A stretch of DNA of 64,000 bases from Candidatus Staskawiczbacteria bacterium RIFCSPLOWO2_01_FULL_33_13 (GCA_001820215.1 MHOW01000006.1:47039-111038); one strand, 5' to 3'. Counted from the first letter of the stretch, positions 1-11,306 are shown. Program-made: numbers and translations. Notes: a model not told the origin generated them from the letters alone.

Positions 1-8
1 ACAAGCAA

Positions 9-650
9 TTGCCTTTATTAAAAAAATTAAATAGCAAACAAGAAGTAAAGCTTGAATTTACTGGCAAGCTAAAAGATAATTGGTTTGTTTCGCCTTCGGA
101 TCAAAATAATGCCCAGATAAAAAATAAGGTAGAAGTATTGGATATTTCGGAAGAATTTTTAACTAAAGTTAATTCAAAAATAGGCTTATCCCAAAAAGCA
201 TATTATTCAACACAAAATGGCATTGAAAATTCAGGACCTATTCCCCCAACTGTAGACAGTATTACAACCTACACAATGGTATGGCAAGCAACAAATTATT
301 TTAATGATGTTAAAAATATAAAAGTTAAAGCAATCTTACCAGCCAATGTTTCCTTAAGCGATAATATATTTCCCGAAGACCAAGCCTCTAATTTTTCTTT
401 TGACAGCGCGAGCAGGGAAATTGTATGGGTAGCCGGAAGCCTTGCTTCTGGGTCTTCGGCCTCACTATCTTTTCAGATTGCAATTGTGCCAAGCTCTTTT
501 CAAAAAGGAACAATTGCAGATTTAATAGGCCAAGCATCAATTTTTGCAGAAGATCAATTTACAGGAGCGGTGACCAAAAGTTCGGCTCTTGGCTTAGATA
601 CCAGCTTACCCGATGATTCAAATAATTCGGGCGGAGGAATAGTTCAATAA
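9..650 (+). CDS. hypothetical protein, 5'-truncated by window edge
   Basis: Open frame running from the window start. Ser/Gly-rich C-terminus. No recognisable motif. Confidence 0.35.
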   Translation: MPLLKKLNSKQEVKLEFTGKLKDNWFVSPSDQNNAQIKNKVEVLDISEEFLTKVNSKIGLSQKAYYSTQNGIENSGPIPPTVDSITTYTMVWQATNYFNDVKNIKVKAILPANVSLSDNIFPEDQASNFSFDSASREIVWVAGSLASGSSASLSFQIAIVPSSFQKGTIADLIGQASIFAEDQFTGAVTKSSALGLDTSLPDDSNNSGGGIVQ

Positions 651-671
651 ATTTAAAAATTATAATTTACA

Positions 672-704
672 AAACCAAATCGGGTTAAAACCCGATTTTT
701 GGTT
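672..704 (+). terminator. Rho-independent terminator-like hairpin
   Basis: Stem aaccaaatcggg ... cccgatttttggtt followed by a T-run, directly after the ORF that ends at 650. Confidence 0.45.
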
Positions 705-732
705 GAAAGTTTTCTGTTTCAAATGTATTATT

Positions 733-779
733 AACCTTGAATTATGAAAGACCTCGAAAGCATTTCATAATTCAAGGTT
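733..779. repeat. MITE family 1, minimal copy (terminal inverted repeats only)
   Basis: Palindrome aaccttgaattatgaaa ... tttcataattcaaggtt. Same gaaagcatttc core as the TTGAATTACGAAATGC family. Confidence 0.5.
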
Positions 780-916
780 ATCAAAGTACAAAATGAACTC
801 AAATAAAAATGATTTAATGGAAAAAATTTACCCAGTTAAATATTTATGCTTTTTTAAAAAAGCATAAATAAAATCCTTTTGGGATTTTATTTAACGGGGT
901 TAATTTCCCCTTAATA

Positions 917-2221
917 ATGAAGGATAAAACAGAAATTATGTCAAATAATATGATGGATAAGATAATCAGTTTATGCAAAAGGCGGGGTTTTGTGTTTCCC
1001 GGATCAGAAATTTATGGAGGATTAGCTAATTCATGGGACTACGGGCCACTAGGAGTTGAATTAAAAAACAATATTAAACAGCTTTGGTGGAAACGATTTG
1101 TGCATCAGCGCGATGATATGGTTGGCATCGATGCGGCATTAATTATGAACCCAAAAGTGTGGGAAGCTTCAGGACATTTAAAAGAATTTTCTGATCCGTT
1201 AGTGGAGTGTAAAAAATGCCATAAAAGATTCCGCATAGATCAAGTTGAATCAAAAAAATGTCCAGAATGCAGGGGTGAATTATCAGAAGCCAAGCAATTT
1301 AACTTAATGCTTAAAACATTTTTGGGTCCTGTAGAAAATGAAGATTCTATAGTATATTTTAGACCAGAAACTGCGCAAGCCATGTTCGTGGATTTTAAGA
1401 ATGTATTGGAAACTTCACGAAAAAAATTACCGTTTGGGATTGCTCAAATCGGAAAAGCATTTAGAAACGAAATAACTCCTGGAAATTTTATTTTCCGCAC
1501 ACGAGAATTTGAACAAATGGAAATTGAATATTTTATCAAAGAAGAAAATTGGGAAGAAGTTTTTGAACACTGGAAAAAAGAAATGCAATCTTGGATGAAA
1601 AATATTCTTGGGTTGCAAGAGAAAAATATTTCTGAATTATCCGTACCAAATAAGGAACTCGCACATTATTCTAAAAAAACTATTGATTTTGAATATAATT
1701 TTCCTTTTGGCAAAAATGAGCTTTACGGTCTTGCATACAGAACAGATTTTGATTTAAAAAATCATTATAAAGAAGAGCCGTATTTAGACATAGAAAAGAA
1801 TGAAAAGCTTTACCCACATGTGATTGAACCGACTTTCGGTGTAGATAGATCTGTTTTAGCAGTGCTTTGTGATGCTTATATAGAAGAAGCCGAAAGAGTG
1901 GTATTAAAGTTAAAACCGGTATTGGCACCATATAAAGTTGCGGTATTTCCTTTGTTGAAAAATAAGCCTGAGTTAGTGGAAAAAGCAAAAGAAATTTATA
2001 ATAATTTGAAAAAAGAATTCACCGTAGCTTTTGACGACCGTGGTAATATTGGCAAACGATATTATAGTCAGGATGAGATTGGAACACCATATTGTGTAAC
2101 AGTGGATTTTAATACTTTAGAAAAAGATGAAGTAACAGTAAGAGATAGGGATACTATGAAACAAGAAAAAGTAAAAGTGAGCCAATTAATTGATTATATA
2201 AAAGAAAAAATATATGTTTAA
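917..2221 (+). CDS. glyQS: glycine--tRNA ligase (class II, alpha2-type)
   Basis: N-terminus LCKRRGFVFPGSEIYGGLANSWDYGPLG is typical of GlyRS. Length 434 aa. Confidence 0.9.
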   Translation: MKDKTEIMSNNMMDKIISLCKRRGFVFPGSEIYGGLANSWDYGPLGVELKNNIKQLWWKRFVHQRDDMVGIDAALIMNPKVWEASGHLKEFSDPLVECKKCHKRFRIDQVESKKCPECRGELSEAKQFNLMLKTFLGPVENEDSIVYFRPETAQAMFVDFKNVLETSRKKLPFGIAQIGKAFRNEITPGNFIFRTREFEQMEIEYFIKEENWEEVFEHWKKEMQSWMKNILGLQEKNISELSVPNKELAHYSKKTIDFEYNFPFGKNELYGLAYRTDFDLKNHYKEEPYLDIEKNEKLYPHVIEPTFGVDRSVLAVLCDAYIEEAERVVLKLKPVLAPYKVAVFPLLKNKPELVEKAKEIYNNLKKEFTVAFDDRGNIGKRYYSQDEIGTPYCVTVDFNTLEKDEVTVRDRDTMKQEKVKVSQLIDYIKEKIYV

Positions 2222-3485
2222 AAAAACTAAATTAAAAAATGGATTAAGAGTTATTTCGGTTCCAATGAAAAATGCTAATAGCGTAACAGTGCTTGTGTTG
2301 GTTGGAACGGGCTCTAAATATGAAACTAAAGACATAAATGGTATTTCCCATTTTTTGGAGCACATGTTTTTTAAAGGAACTAAAAAGCGCCCAACAACCC
2401 TGAAAATTTCAGAAACACTTGATATGATTGGAGGCCAATATAATGCGTTTACCTCAAAAGAAACTACTGGTTTTTGGGCAAAAGTTGATACAAAACATAC
2501 CGATGTAGCACTAGATTGGATTTCAGATATGTTTTTAAATGCTAAATTTGAAACAGAAGAAATTGATCGCGAAAAAGGGGTAGTAATTGAAGAGTTGAAT
2601 ATGTATTTAGATACACCCACTTCTTATGTGTCAGAGCTTTTTGAAGATTTGTTATATAAAGACCAACCTGCTGGTTGGCGCATTGTAGGAGAAAAAGAAA
2701 ACATTATGGCTTTTGACCGTGATAAGGTGGTTAATTATTATAAAACCCACTACTCAAACGAAAATACGGTTATTTGTATTGCAGGAAATATCAACACAAA
2801 ACAAATTGCAAAGAAAATAGAAAAATATTTTGGCGCTTCAAAAAATCAACAAGCCCTACCAAAGCTAGAGGTAAAAGAATTGCAAGAAAAACCTGAAATT
2901 TTACTGCACAATAAAAAAACTGACCAAACCCATTTTTGCCTAGGCGTAAGGGCCTACGATATGTTTGATAAAAGAAGGCACGCCTTAACTTTAATGTCGG
3001 TTATTTTAGGGGGGAACATGAGCTCGCGCTTATTTATTTCAGTCAGAGAGCGCAATGGATTGGGGTATTATGTGCACACTTCGGTTGATACAACTACTGA
3101 TACGGGGTATCTTGTAACCCAGTCAGGAATTAAAAATAATAGCCTAGAAAAAGCTATTGGCTTAGTATTAGATGAATACCGTGATTTAAAAAATAAAAAA
3201 ATCACCGCAAGAGAATTAAAAAAAGCCAAGGATTATATAAGAGGCAGTATGTCGCTTTCTTTAGATAGCACTGATGCCCAAGCTTCTTTTTATGCTAATC
3301 AAGAAGTAATGGGAAAAGAACTTTTAACTCCAGAAGAAAAAATGAAAATGATTGATAAGGTTTCTATACATGATATAAAGAAGGTAGCTGAAGATATATT
3401 TAAAAATGGAAAATTAAATTTGTCAGTAATAGGCCAATTTAATGAAAAAGACAAAGATCGTCTTTTGCAATTATTAAAAATATGA
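2214..3485 (+). CDS. M16 family zinc peptidase (insulinase-like)
   Basis: Inverted zinc motif HFLEH near the N-terminus. About 420 aa. The stop overlaps the next start (ATGA). Confidence 0.8.
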   Translation: MFKKTKLKNGLRVISVPMKNANSVTVLVLVGTGSKYETKDINGISHFLEHMFFKGTKKRPTTLKISETLDMIGGQYNAFTSKETTGFWAKVDTKHTDVALDWISDMFLNAKFETEEIDREKGVVIEELNMYLDTPTSYVSELFEDLLYKDQPAGWRIVGEKENIMAFDRDKVVNYYKTHYSNENTVICIAGNINTKQIAKKIEKYFGASKNQQALPKLEVKELQEKPEILLHNKKTDQTHFCLGVRAYDMFDKRRHALTLMSVILGGNMSSRLFISVRERNGLGYYVHTSVDTTTDTGYLVTQSGIKNNSLEKAIGLVLDEYRDLKNKKITARELKKAKDYIRGSMSLSLDSTDAQASFYANQEVMGKELLTPEEKMKMIDKVSIHDIKKVAEDIFKNGKLNLSVIGQFNEKDKDRLLQLLKI

Positions 3486-4504
3486 CAGAACAAACTCTAG
3501 ATATTTCTTGGAAAACCATACTTAAAATTTTAATTGCCGGTTTTATCTTGTATATGCTTTTTTTAGTAAAAGATATTGTGATTTGGTTTTTCTTTGCATT
3601 AATAATATCGCTTTTAGTTGAGCCGGTAATCAATTTTTTAAGAAGGCTGCACTTTCCAAAAGTAATAGCAGTCGTTTTGGTGTATCTATCAATTTTTGGG
3701 TTGTTAGGCTTGATGATTTACCTTACGGCCCCTATTTTTATTTTTGAAATAAATCAATTATCGCAAAACATTCCTGATTATTTTGAAAAACTCAATCCAG
3801 TATTTAAAAATTTAGGTATTGATGTTGCTAAAAATTTTGAAGATTTTAGCGCAAATTTAATTTCTGGATTGCAAGAAAGTTCTATAAATATTATCAAAGC
3901 CATTTCTGTTTTCTTTGGTGGATTAACTTCTACAGTTTTAATTTTTGTTTTTGCTTTTTATATTTCCTTAGAAGAAAAAGGACCAGAAAGATTCTTATCT
4001 CTTTTGGTCCCCAAAAAGTATGAAGGGTATATTGTAAATATTTTTGAGCGATCTCAATTCCAAGTTTCTGGTTGGTTTGGAGCAAGAATTCTGGCTTGCA
4101 TATTTGTGGGAATTGCCTCTTTTATTGTGTTCTTTTTATTCGGTATTAAGTATGCATTTATTCTTTCTTTAATTTCTGGAGTATTAACCCTTGTACCTTT
4201 CATAGGACCGCTTGTCACTGCTTTATTGGCGCTTTTATTTGTAGGAGCATCTAATTCTTGGTTTTTGGCAGCGTATGTTGTAGTTGCTTTATATATAATC
4301 CAAGTAATAGAAAATAATATTGTTACACCTTTGTTAATGAAAAAATTCTTAGATTTACCGCCTATTTTAGTATTAATATCATTATTAATTGGAGGAACTA
4401 TTTTTGGATTTTTGGGAATGATTTTTGCAGTTCCTGTGTTTGGAATTGTGTACCAGTTTTCAAGAGAATTTTTAATAAAAAAGAGAGAAGAAAATAATTA
4501 TTAG
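3482..4504 (+). CDS. AI-2E family transporter (PerM-like permease)
   Basis: Eight-TM-like hydrophobic profile. Conserved C-terminal IENNIVTPLLM-like segment. Confidence 0.7.
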   Translation: MTEQTLDISWKTILKILIAGFILYMLFLVKDIVIWFFFALIISLLVEPVINFLRRLHFPKVIAVVLVYLSIFGLLGLMIYLTAPIFIFEINQLSQNIPDYFEKLNPVFKNLGIDVAKNFEDFSANLISGLQESSINIIKAISVFFGGLTSTVLIFVFAFYISLEEKGPERFLSLLVPKKYEGYIVNIFERSQFQVSGWFGARILACIFVGIASFIVFFLFGIKYAFILSLISGVLTLVPFIGPLVTALLALLFVGASNSWFLAAYVVVALYIIQVIENNIVTPLLMKKFLDLPPILVLISLLIGGTIFGFLGMIFAVPVFGIVYQFSREFLIKKREENNY

Positions 4505-4506
4505 AC

Positions 4507-5022
4507 CTATTGATAACTTATTAGCACAATACTGATAAAAATTGCTATAGCCTGGGTTAAAATTCTGAAAGGAATGGAGACCAGAGCACTAAAAAGAATA
4601 TTTTTAGTGCTCGGCCGAGCACTCAATTCATTGAGTGCTCTGGTTTTTTTATACCTTAAAAAATGCACTTTTTGGATATGTATTTTATCGTGCAACAATA
4701 AAAATTTATTACTAAATAAAGAGCTTATTATAGTTAAACCGTCCGGTATTAAGGAAACAAAAACGCAAATATATATTATTAGTTGATTTTTAGAAAAGAG
4801 CAAAATTATTATTATGGCTAGGCAAAAATCTAAAAATACTTTTAAAATATCGGGTAGAGATTTTCTCCAATTTTTTTCTCTTATATTATCAATAGAATAT
4901 TCAATGTGAGGGAAAAGATCTAAAAAATAATGGCCTAACAAAGCCAGTATAATAGCTAAAAAAACATTATGAATTACACTTCCAATGGCTGCTCCAAAGA
5001 GCATATGGGCTAATAAGATCAT
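4507..5022 (-). CDS. membrane protein, possibly DUF457 / YdjM-like metal-dependent hydrolase
   Basis: N-terminus MILLAHMLFGAAIGS. Multi-TM. The 3' part overlaps a plus-strand terminator structure. Confidence 0.35.
   Translation of the reverse strand: MILLAHMLFGAAIGSVIHNVFLAIILALLGHYFLDLFPHIEYSIDNIREKNWRKSLPDILKVFLDFCLAIIIILLFSKNQLIIYICVFVSLIPDGLTIISSLFSNKFLLLHDKIHIQKVHFLRYKKTRALNELSARPSTKNILFSALVSIPFRILTQAIAIFISIVLISYQ
4584..4650 (+). terminator. tandem hairpins plus T-tract (terminator for the AI-2E gene)
   Basis: First hairpin gagcactaaaaagaatatttttagtgctc. Second hairpin gagcactcaattcattgagtgctc followed by tggttttttt. Lies inside the antisense ORF 4507..5022. Confidence 0.5.
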
Positions 5023-5063
5023 TGCAGATTTAAGATTTATGATTTAAGATTTACTAATCTATT

Positions 5064-6494
5064 ATGACAAAAAAATTCTACATTACAACTACCCTACCTT
5101 ATGTAAATGCATCTCCGCATATTGGTTTTGCGATGGAAATAATCCAATCAGATGTTATAGCCCGACATAAACATCAGCAGGGTTTTGAAGTTTTTTTTAA
5201 CATGGGTTCTGACGAACATGGCGTAAAAATATTACGCAAGGCCCAGGAATCCAACATGGAGCCCAAGGCCTATTGCGATATTTATGCCGCCAAGTTTGAC
5301 AATTTAAAAGAAAAACTTAATTTAACTTACAACAACTTTATTCGTACAACTGACGATCATCACATAAAAGCCGCGCAAGAATTTTGGTTGCGGTGCCAAA
5401 AAAATGGTGATATTTATAAAAAAAATTACAAAGTAAAGTATTGCGTAGGTTGTGAATTGGAAAAAACCGATTCTGAACTTGAAAATGGCAAGTGTCCGGT
5501 ACACCCTAATCAGGAAATTGAACTAATAGAAGAAGAGAATTATTTTTTCAAATATTCAAATTATAAAAAACCGCTTTTAGATTTTTACGAAAAAAATCCG
5601 GATTTTGTAGTACCGGCATCACGTTTAAATGAGATTACAGAATTTACCAAAAAAGGATTGGAAGATTTTAGTATTTCAAGATTAAAAGCAAAAATGCCTT
5701 GGGGAGTAGATGTTCCTAATGACCCAAACCATGTAATGTATGTGTGGTTTGACGCCTTAGTTGGGTATATTTCAGCGCTCGGCTGGCCCAATAACGATAA
5801 ACAATTTAATAATTTTTGGCCGGGCATACAGGTTGCAGGAAAAGATAATTTACGCCAGCAATCCAGCATGTGGCAGTCAATGTTGATGTCTGCTGGCCTA
5901 CCTAATTCAAAACAGATTTTTATCCACGGCTTTATTACCGTTAATGGACAAAAAATGTCTAAGTCGCTAGGAAATGTCATTGATCCCTTTGAATTAGTTG
6001 AAAAATACGGGGTTGATGTGATTAGGTATTATTTATTGCGAGAAATTACCCCCACAGAAGATGGTGATTTTACTATTGAAAAACTTGAACAACGATACAA
6101 TTCTGACTTAGCTAGCGGTATAGGAAATTTATTAGCAAGAACAATTACTCTCGCAGTAAAACCAAATTTTGAAGAAAAAAAACCAAGTGCAAAAATAAAG
6201 AAAGAAGCAACTAAGACAAAAAAAATCTGTGAACAATATTTAGAAAATTTTAAATTTAATGATTCTCTAAAATCAATTTGGGAACTGATTACTTTTTGCG
6301 ATAAATACATTAACCAAGAAAAACCGTGGATCGCCAGCAAAAAATCTTCCCAAGTTATTTCTGATATTTTATTTGCATTAGAAGAAATTTCATACCTATT
6401 AAAGCCATTTTTACCAGAAACCTCAGAAAAAATAAAAAATATGCTTAAAAGTAAAACATCAGAGATTTTGTTTCCAAGGCTGTTAAAATCCTAA
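5064..6494 (+). CDS. metG: methionine--tRNA ligase
   Basis: HIGH-type motif PHIGFAME. KMSKSLGN motif. Cys cluster CVGC...CPVH. Confidence 0.9.
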   Translation: MTKKFYITTTLPYVNASPHIGFAMEIIQSDVIARHKHQQGFEVFFNMGSDEHGVKILRKAQESNMEPKAYCDIYAAKFDNLKEKLNLTYNNFIRTTDDHHIKAAQEFWLRCQKNGDIYKKNYKVKYCVGCELEKTDSELENGKCPVHPNQEIELIEEENYFFKYSNYKKPLLDFYEKNPDFVVPASRLNEITEFTKKGLEDFSISRLKAKMPWGVDVPNDPNHVMYVWFDALVGYISALGWPNNDKQFNNFWPGIQVAGKDNLRQQSSMWQSMLMSAGLPNSKQIFIHGFITVNGQKMSKSLGNVIDPFELVEKYGVDVIRYYLLREITPTEDGDFTIEKLEQRYNSDLASGIGNLLARTITLAVKPNFEEKKPSAKIKKEATKTKKICEQYLENFKFNDSLKSIWELITFCDKYINQEKPWIASKKSSQVISDILFALEEISYLLKPFLPETSEKIKNMLKSKTSEILFPRLLKS

Positions 6495-6496
6495 GC

Positions 6497-7363
6497 ATGA
6501 TTATTGATACTCATAGCCACCTACAATTTAACGCCTATAAGGACGATGTGAATGAAGTAACAAAAAGAACCCAATCTAAAAATATTTGGTGTATTAATGT
6601 TGGGACCAACTATCCGTCAAGCAAAGACGGGATTTTATTTGCCGAAAAACACGGGGAAAGTTTTTTTTCAGCTATTGGCTTGCATCCGATGTATGCAGGC
6701 GCTGAATTTTTAAAAATCAAAAATGATGATAATGAAAGCAAGGAATTAGTTGAAGAAAATACTTTTGACACTCAAAAATACAGGGAATTGGCTCAATCAA
6801 AAAAAGTAGTGGCGATTGGCGAAATTGGACTAGATTATTACTACAAGCCGAAAACTGCCACGAAGTTAGCGGAGTTTAAAGAGAAACAAAAACAAATTTT
6901 TTTGCAACAACTAGATTTGGCAAAAGAATTAAATCTGCCCGTTATTTTACATTGCCGAATGGCGCACGAAGACATTTTAGAAATTCTTAAATCATATATC
7001 GTAAATCATAAATCAATGAATGGAGTGATTCATTGTTTTACGGGCACAATTGAGCAGGCAAAAAAATATATTGACCTTGGATTTAGTATTGGTATTAATG
7101 GAATTATTTTTAAGTTTAATATAGATGAAGTAATTAAAAATATTTCATTAAGCAACATGCTTCTTGAAACTGATTGCCCGTATTTAACCCCCCTGCCCGC
7201 TGTAGCTTTAGCGAAAGCGGGGCCTGATAGCCACATAAGAAACGAACCGATTTTTATAAAACACACTATCCAAAAAATCGCAGATTTAAAGGGAATTACT
7301 TTTGAGGAGGTTTGCAATAAAACTACTCAAAATGCTAAAAGATTATTCACCCTGGTTAAATAA
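6497..7363 (+). CDS. tatD: TatD family hydrolase
   Basis: N-terminal IDTHSHL. Conserved His and Asp residues characteristic of TatD. Confidence 0.8.
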   Translation: MIIDTHSHLQFNAYKDDVNEVTKRTQSKNIWCINVGTNYPSSKDGILFAEKHGESFFSAIGLHPMYAGAEFLKIKNDDNESKELVEENTFDTQKYRELAQSKKVVAIGEIGLDYYYKPKTATKLAEFKEKQKQIFLQQLDLAKELNLPVILHCRMAHEDILEILKSYIVNHKSMNGVIHCFTGTIEQAKKYIDLGFSIGINGIIFKFNIDEVIKNISLSNMLLETDCPYLTPLPAVALAKAGPDSHIRNEPIFIKHTIQKIADLKGITFEEVCNKTTQNAKRLFTLVK

Positions 7364-7440
7364 TTTTGACCGAAAGTCAAAATTAAAATCCAAAGGATTT
7401 TATTTAACTGGGTAAAAATTTAATCAACGAGGCTATTATA

Positions 7441-7468
7441 AAAAAGCGGTTAAAATCGCTTTTTTTTG
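7441..7468 (+). terminator. terminator-like hairpin after tatD
   Basis: Stem aaaaagcgg ttaaaat ccgcttttttt followed by a T-run. Confidence 0.4.
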
Positions 7469-7500
7469 TGTATAAATTATGATATGATACTTAAAAATAT

Positions 7501-9922
7501 GGCTAAATATAACCCTCAAAAAATAGAAAAGAAGTGGCAAAAGAAATGGTATGACGGAAGCCTATTTAAGGCTCAAAACCCTTCGGCTCGCTCAGGGCAA
7601 GATAGCTCCAAGAAGGAGAAATTTTATATCTTAGATGAATTTCCCTATCCTTCAGGAGATGGCCTTCACATAGGCCATTGCAGGCCCTATATTGGCTTAG
7701 ATATTATTGCCAGAAAAAGAAGAATGCAGGGCCAAAATGTGTTATTTCCAATGGGTTGGGATGCTTTTGGTTTACCCACAGAAAACTACGCCATCAAAAA
7801 GGGCGTGCACCCAAGCATTGTAACCAAAAAAAATACCGATAACTTTAGAAAGCAAATGAAAAATTTGGGGCTTTCTTTTGATTGGAGCCGAGAAGTAAAC
7901 ACTACCGATCCAAAATATTATAAATGGACACAGTGGATTTTTATAAAACTTTTTGAAAACGGTTTGGCATATAAAGATAAACTGGCAATTAATTGGTGCC
8001 CAAGCTGTAAAATTGGTTTAGCGAATGAAGAAGTTGTCGCAGGAAATTGTGAACGATGCGGTACTAAAGTTGAAAAAAGGGAAAAAGAGCAATGGCTTAT
8101 TAAAATTACAAAATATGCAGATAGATTAATTAACGATTTAGCAACCGTTGATTATCAGCAAAGAATAAAAGACCAGCAGATTAATTGGATTGGAAGATCA
8201 GAGGGATCAGAAATTGATTTTTCAATTGTTAATTCCAACGAAAAAATAAAAGTATTTACTACGAGACCAGATACATTATTTGGTTGCACATTTTTAGTAC
8301 TTGCTCCTGATCATGAAATTTTAAAAAAAATAAAAAATAAAATTAAAAATTGGCAGGAAGTTGAAAAATATATTAATCAGGCAAAAAATAAATCTGATTT
8401 AGAGAGACAAGAGAATCAAAAAGATAAAACCGGAATTGAGCTTGAAAGCATCAAAGCAATAAATCCGGCAAATAAAGAACGCTTACCTATTTTTGTGGCT
8501 GATTATGTAATGGTAAATTACGGAACTGGAGCTATTATGGCAGTTCCAGCGCACGACCAGCGAGATCTTGAATTTGCAAAAAAATACAACCAAAAAATCA
8601 TTGAGGTAATTGATAATAAAAAAATGCTGTTAAATTCGGGGGAGTTTAACGGAATGGAAAGCGAAAAAGGAAAAATCGCAATTACTGAACTTGTTGGTGG
8701 AAAAAAATCGGTCAATTATAAATTAAGGGATTGGGTGTTTTCACGCCAGCACTATTGGGGAGAACCAATTCCTATGATTAATTGTACAGCGTGCGGGTGG
8801 CAAACTGTACCAGAAAAAGAGTTACCAGTTGAGTTGCCTAAGGTACAAAAATACCAACCTACAGATACAGGAGAGTCTCCATTATCTGCAATTGAAAAGT
8901 GGGTGAATGTAAAATGTCCAACATGCAAGGGGCCTGCAAAAAGAGAAACTGATACCATGCCAAACTGGGCGGGATCAAATTGGTACTATCTTGCTTATTT
9001 GGCTGCAGATAAGCAGGGAAATTCGAAATTCGAAATTCGAAATTCGAAATTATTGAGCTATTGGATGCCAGTTGATTGGTATAATGGTGGCATGGAGCAT
9101 ACTACTTTGCATTTACTTTATTCGCGATTTATTTTTAAATTTTTGTGGGATATTGGAGCAATTCCAAAAAAAATTGGCAACGAACCTTATAAAAAAAGGA
9201 CTTCCCATGGTATTATTTTAGCCGAAGGCGGAGTTAAAATGTCAAAAAGCAAAGGCAATGTAATAAACCCAGACGATGTAGTAAAAAACTACGGTGGTGA
9301 TGCCTTAAGGGTGTATGAAATGTTTATGGGTCCATTTGAACAAATGATTCCTTGGGATTCAAAAGGAATTGTAGGAGCAAGGCGTTTTCTTGAAAAAATA
9401 TACAACCTTGCCCTAAAATTCCAAATCCCAAATTCCAAATCACAAATAAATCCAAAATTAGAAATTCAAAATCTCTTAAACAAAACTATTAAAAAGGTTG
9501 GGGATGATATTGAGTTAATGAAATTCAATACTGCAATTTCTTCGTTAATGATTTTAGTAAATGGTTTTTATGAAAAACCACAAGATATTACTAAGGAAAA
9601 TGTAAAAAATTTATTAATTCTATTAAGCCCTTTTGCCCCGCATTTGGCCGAAGAATTGTGGGAGAAACTAGGCTCAAAAGGATTGTGTTCACAGCAAAAA
9701 TGGCTAAAGTACAATGAACGCCTAATTAACCAAGAAAAAGTAGTGTTTATGATACAGGTGAATGGAAAAGTAAGAGATAAAATAGAAGTTAATGCAGGTT
9801 TGGATCAAAGCCAAATAGAAGGAATTGCACAAAAGGGATTAAGGATTACGCCATGGATAAATGGCAAACAAATTAAAAAGATAATTTTTGTGCCAAATAA
9901 ATTAATTAATATTGTTATATAG
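7501..9922 (+). CDS. leuS: leucine--tRNA ligase
   Basis: HIGH motif (HIGH at GLHIGHCRP). KMSKSKGN motif. Start placed at MAKYNPQKIEKKWQ, the typical LeuRS N-terminus. The ORF track begins at 7466. Confidence 0.9.
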
Positions 9923-9925
9923 ATT

Positions 9926-10540
9926 ATGGAAAAGATTTCACTGGCAATTATAATCGCAATCTGTATTTTGTTATCAATATTTATTGGATATAAATTCTTC
10001 CTTAATGGGAGTGTTGCCCATAATGAAACGCAATTTAACAACCCCATTCTCACTGAAGATCAGACACAACAAAATAATGAATACAATGAATATTTAGATA
10101 ACCTCAAGAAGGAAGTAGAAAATGAATTTAATACCTATTTAAAAAGTAAACTAGAAAATTGGTCTTTATATATCGCAGATCCAGAATCTTATGACAAGCA
10201 GTTTGGAAGTACTGATGGTTGTGGTGGTACTGTAAAAGTAAGTGATGACTTTGTTGATTATATTAAAAAGTCAGAAAAGGGACCGGTCTATAAATTACCT
10301 CTGAAATACAGATTATATCTTGTGTATACCCCTAATTATAACTATTGGTCAACAAAAAAGTTTTTATCTTTTACAAGCGACGATATGGGGATTTGTGGGG
10401 TGGGTGGACCCATGAGAATATCTGCAACTGCTGATAAAGTTTTATGGATCAATGGAATGTGTGGTGGAGCCGGAGGGCCCGATTGTGATCAAAATTATTT
10501 TCTTTTAGAATTAATAAAAGATTATTTTATCAAAAACTAA
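9926..10540 (+). CDS. hypothetical secreted/membrane-anchored Cys- and Gly-rich protein
   Basis: N-terminal TM helix. Motifs GCGGT, GICGVGGP, GMCGGAGGPDCD. Confidence 0.35.
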   Translation: MEKISLAIIIAICILLSIFIGYKFFLNGSVAHNETQFNNPILTEDQTQQNNEYNEYLDNLKKEVENEFNTYLKSKLENWSLYIADPESYDKQFGSTDGCGGTVKVSDDFVDYIKKSEKGPVYKLPLKYRLYLVYTPNYNYWSTKKFLSFTSDDMGICGVGGPMRISATADKVLWINGMCGGAGGPDCDQNYFLLELIKDYFIKN

Positions 10541-10541
10541 T

Positions 10542-11306
10542 ATGATAAAAAAAGTAGTGGTTGCGGTTGCCGGAACTGGAACCCGAATGCTAGACCTAGC
10601 AAAAGATAAACCAAAACATCTTATTACTGTTTTAAATAGGCCCTTTTTGGCATATTTGCTAGATAATCTTTTCTATGCGGGCTATAAGGATATTATTTTA
10701 GTGGTGGGGCACAAAGGCGAAATGATAGAAAATTTTAAGAATTCATATATTCCTCCGGTAACGGGCGAATTTAAAATACAAGCCATAAGCCAATACGACC
10801 TTTTAGGAACAAAAGAACAGGGAACCTATGGGACTGCTTGCCCCTTAATGTGCGTAAAAGATATTATCGATGAGCCATTTATATTTTTATATGGAGATAA
10901 TTTGTACTCGGTAAAAGATTTAAAAGCATTAAATATTGATGATAATTATAACTATATTGCCGGAATGCACCACGATGCACCAGAAAAATATGGGGTTTTG
11001 ATCTCTGATGAAGAAGGATTTTTAAAAGAGATTATAGAAAAACCGAAAGAATTTGTGGGAAACATGATTAACACGGGGCCATTCAAATTTACTCCAGAAG
11101 TTTTTGAAAAACTGCCTTTGATACAAAAATCTCCTAGGGGGGAATATGAAATTACTGATGTTATTTCTCTCTTAGCTAAAGAAAAGAAAGTAAAAATAAA
11201 AAAAATAGAAGATTATTGGATTGATTTTGGAAAACCCGAAGATGTAGAAAAACTCGCTGAATTTTTAACAAATGATCATAAAAATTTCGCCAAAAATAAT
11301 ACATAA
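10542..11306 (+). CDS. sugar-phosphate nucleotidyltransferase (NTP_transferase family)
   Basis: N-terminal GTGTRMLDLAKDKPKHL resembles the G1P-nucleotidyltransferase signature. Confidence 0.65.
   Translation: MIKKVVVAVAGTGTRMLDLAKDKPKHLITVLNRPFLAYLLDNLFYAGYKDIILVVGHKGEMIENFKNSYIPPVTGEFKIQAISQYDLLGTKEQGTYGTACPLMCVKDIIDEPFIFLYGDNLYSVKDLKALNIDDNYNYIAGMHHDAPEKYGVLISDEEGFLKEIIEKPKEFVGNMINTGPFKFTPEVFEKLPLIQKSPRGEYEITDVISLLAKEKKVKIKKIEDYWIDFGKPEDVEKLAEFLTNDHKNFAKNNT

Noticed and set aside
651-916. T-box leader upstream of glyQS
   Set aside because: No T-box consensus (AATTAGGGTGGNACCGCG) seen, only hairpins and a MITE copy.
9019-9051. Short tandem repeat arrays (leuS, Mur ligase, tsaE, acidic-gene leader) as possible CRISPR arrays
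   Set aside because: Units are 7 bp with no spacers, arrays are under 60 bp, most lie in frame inside CDSs, and there are no cas genes.
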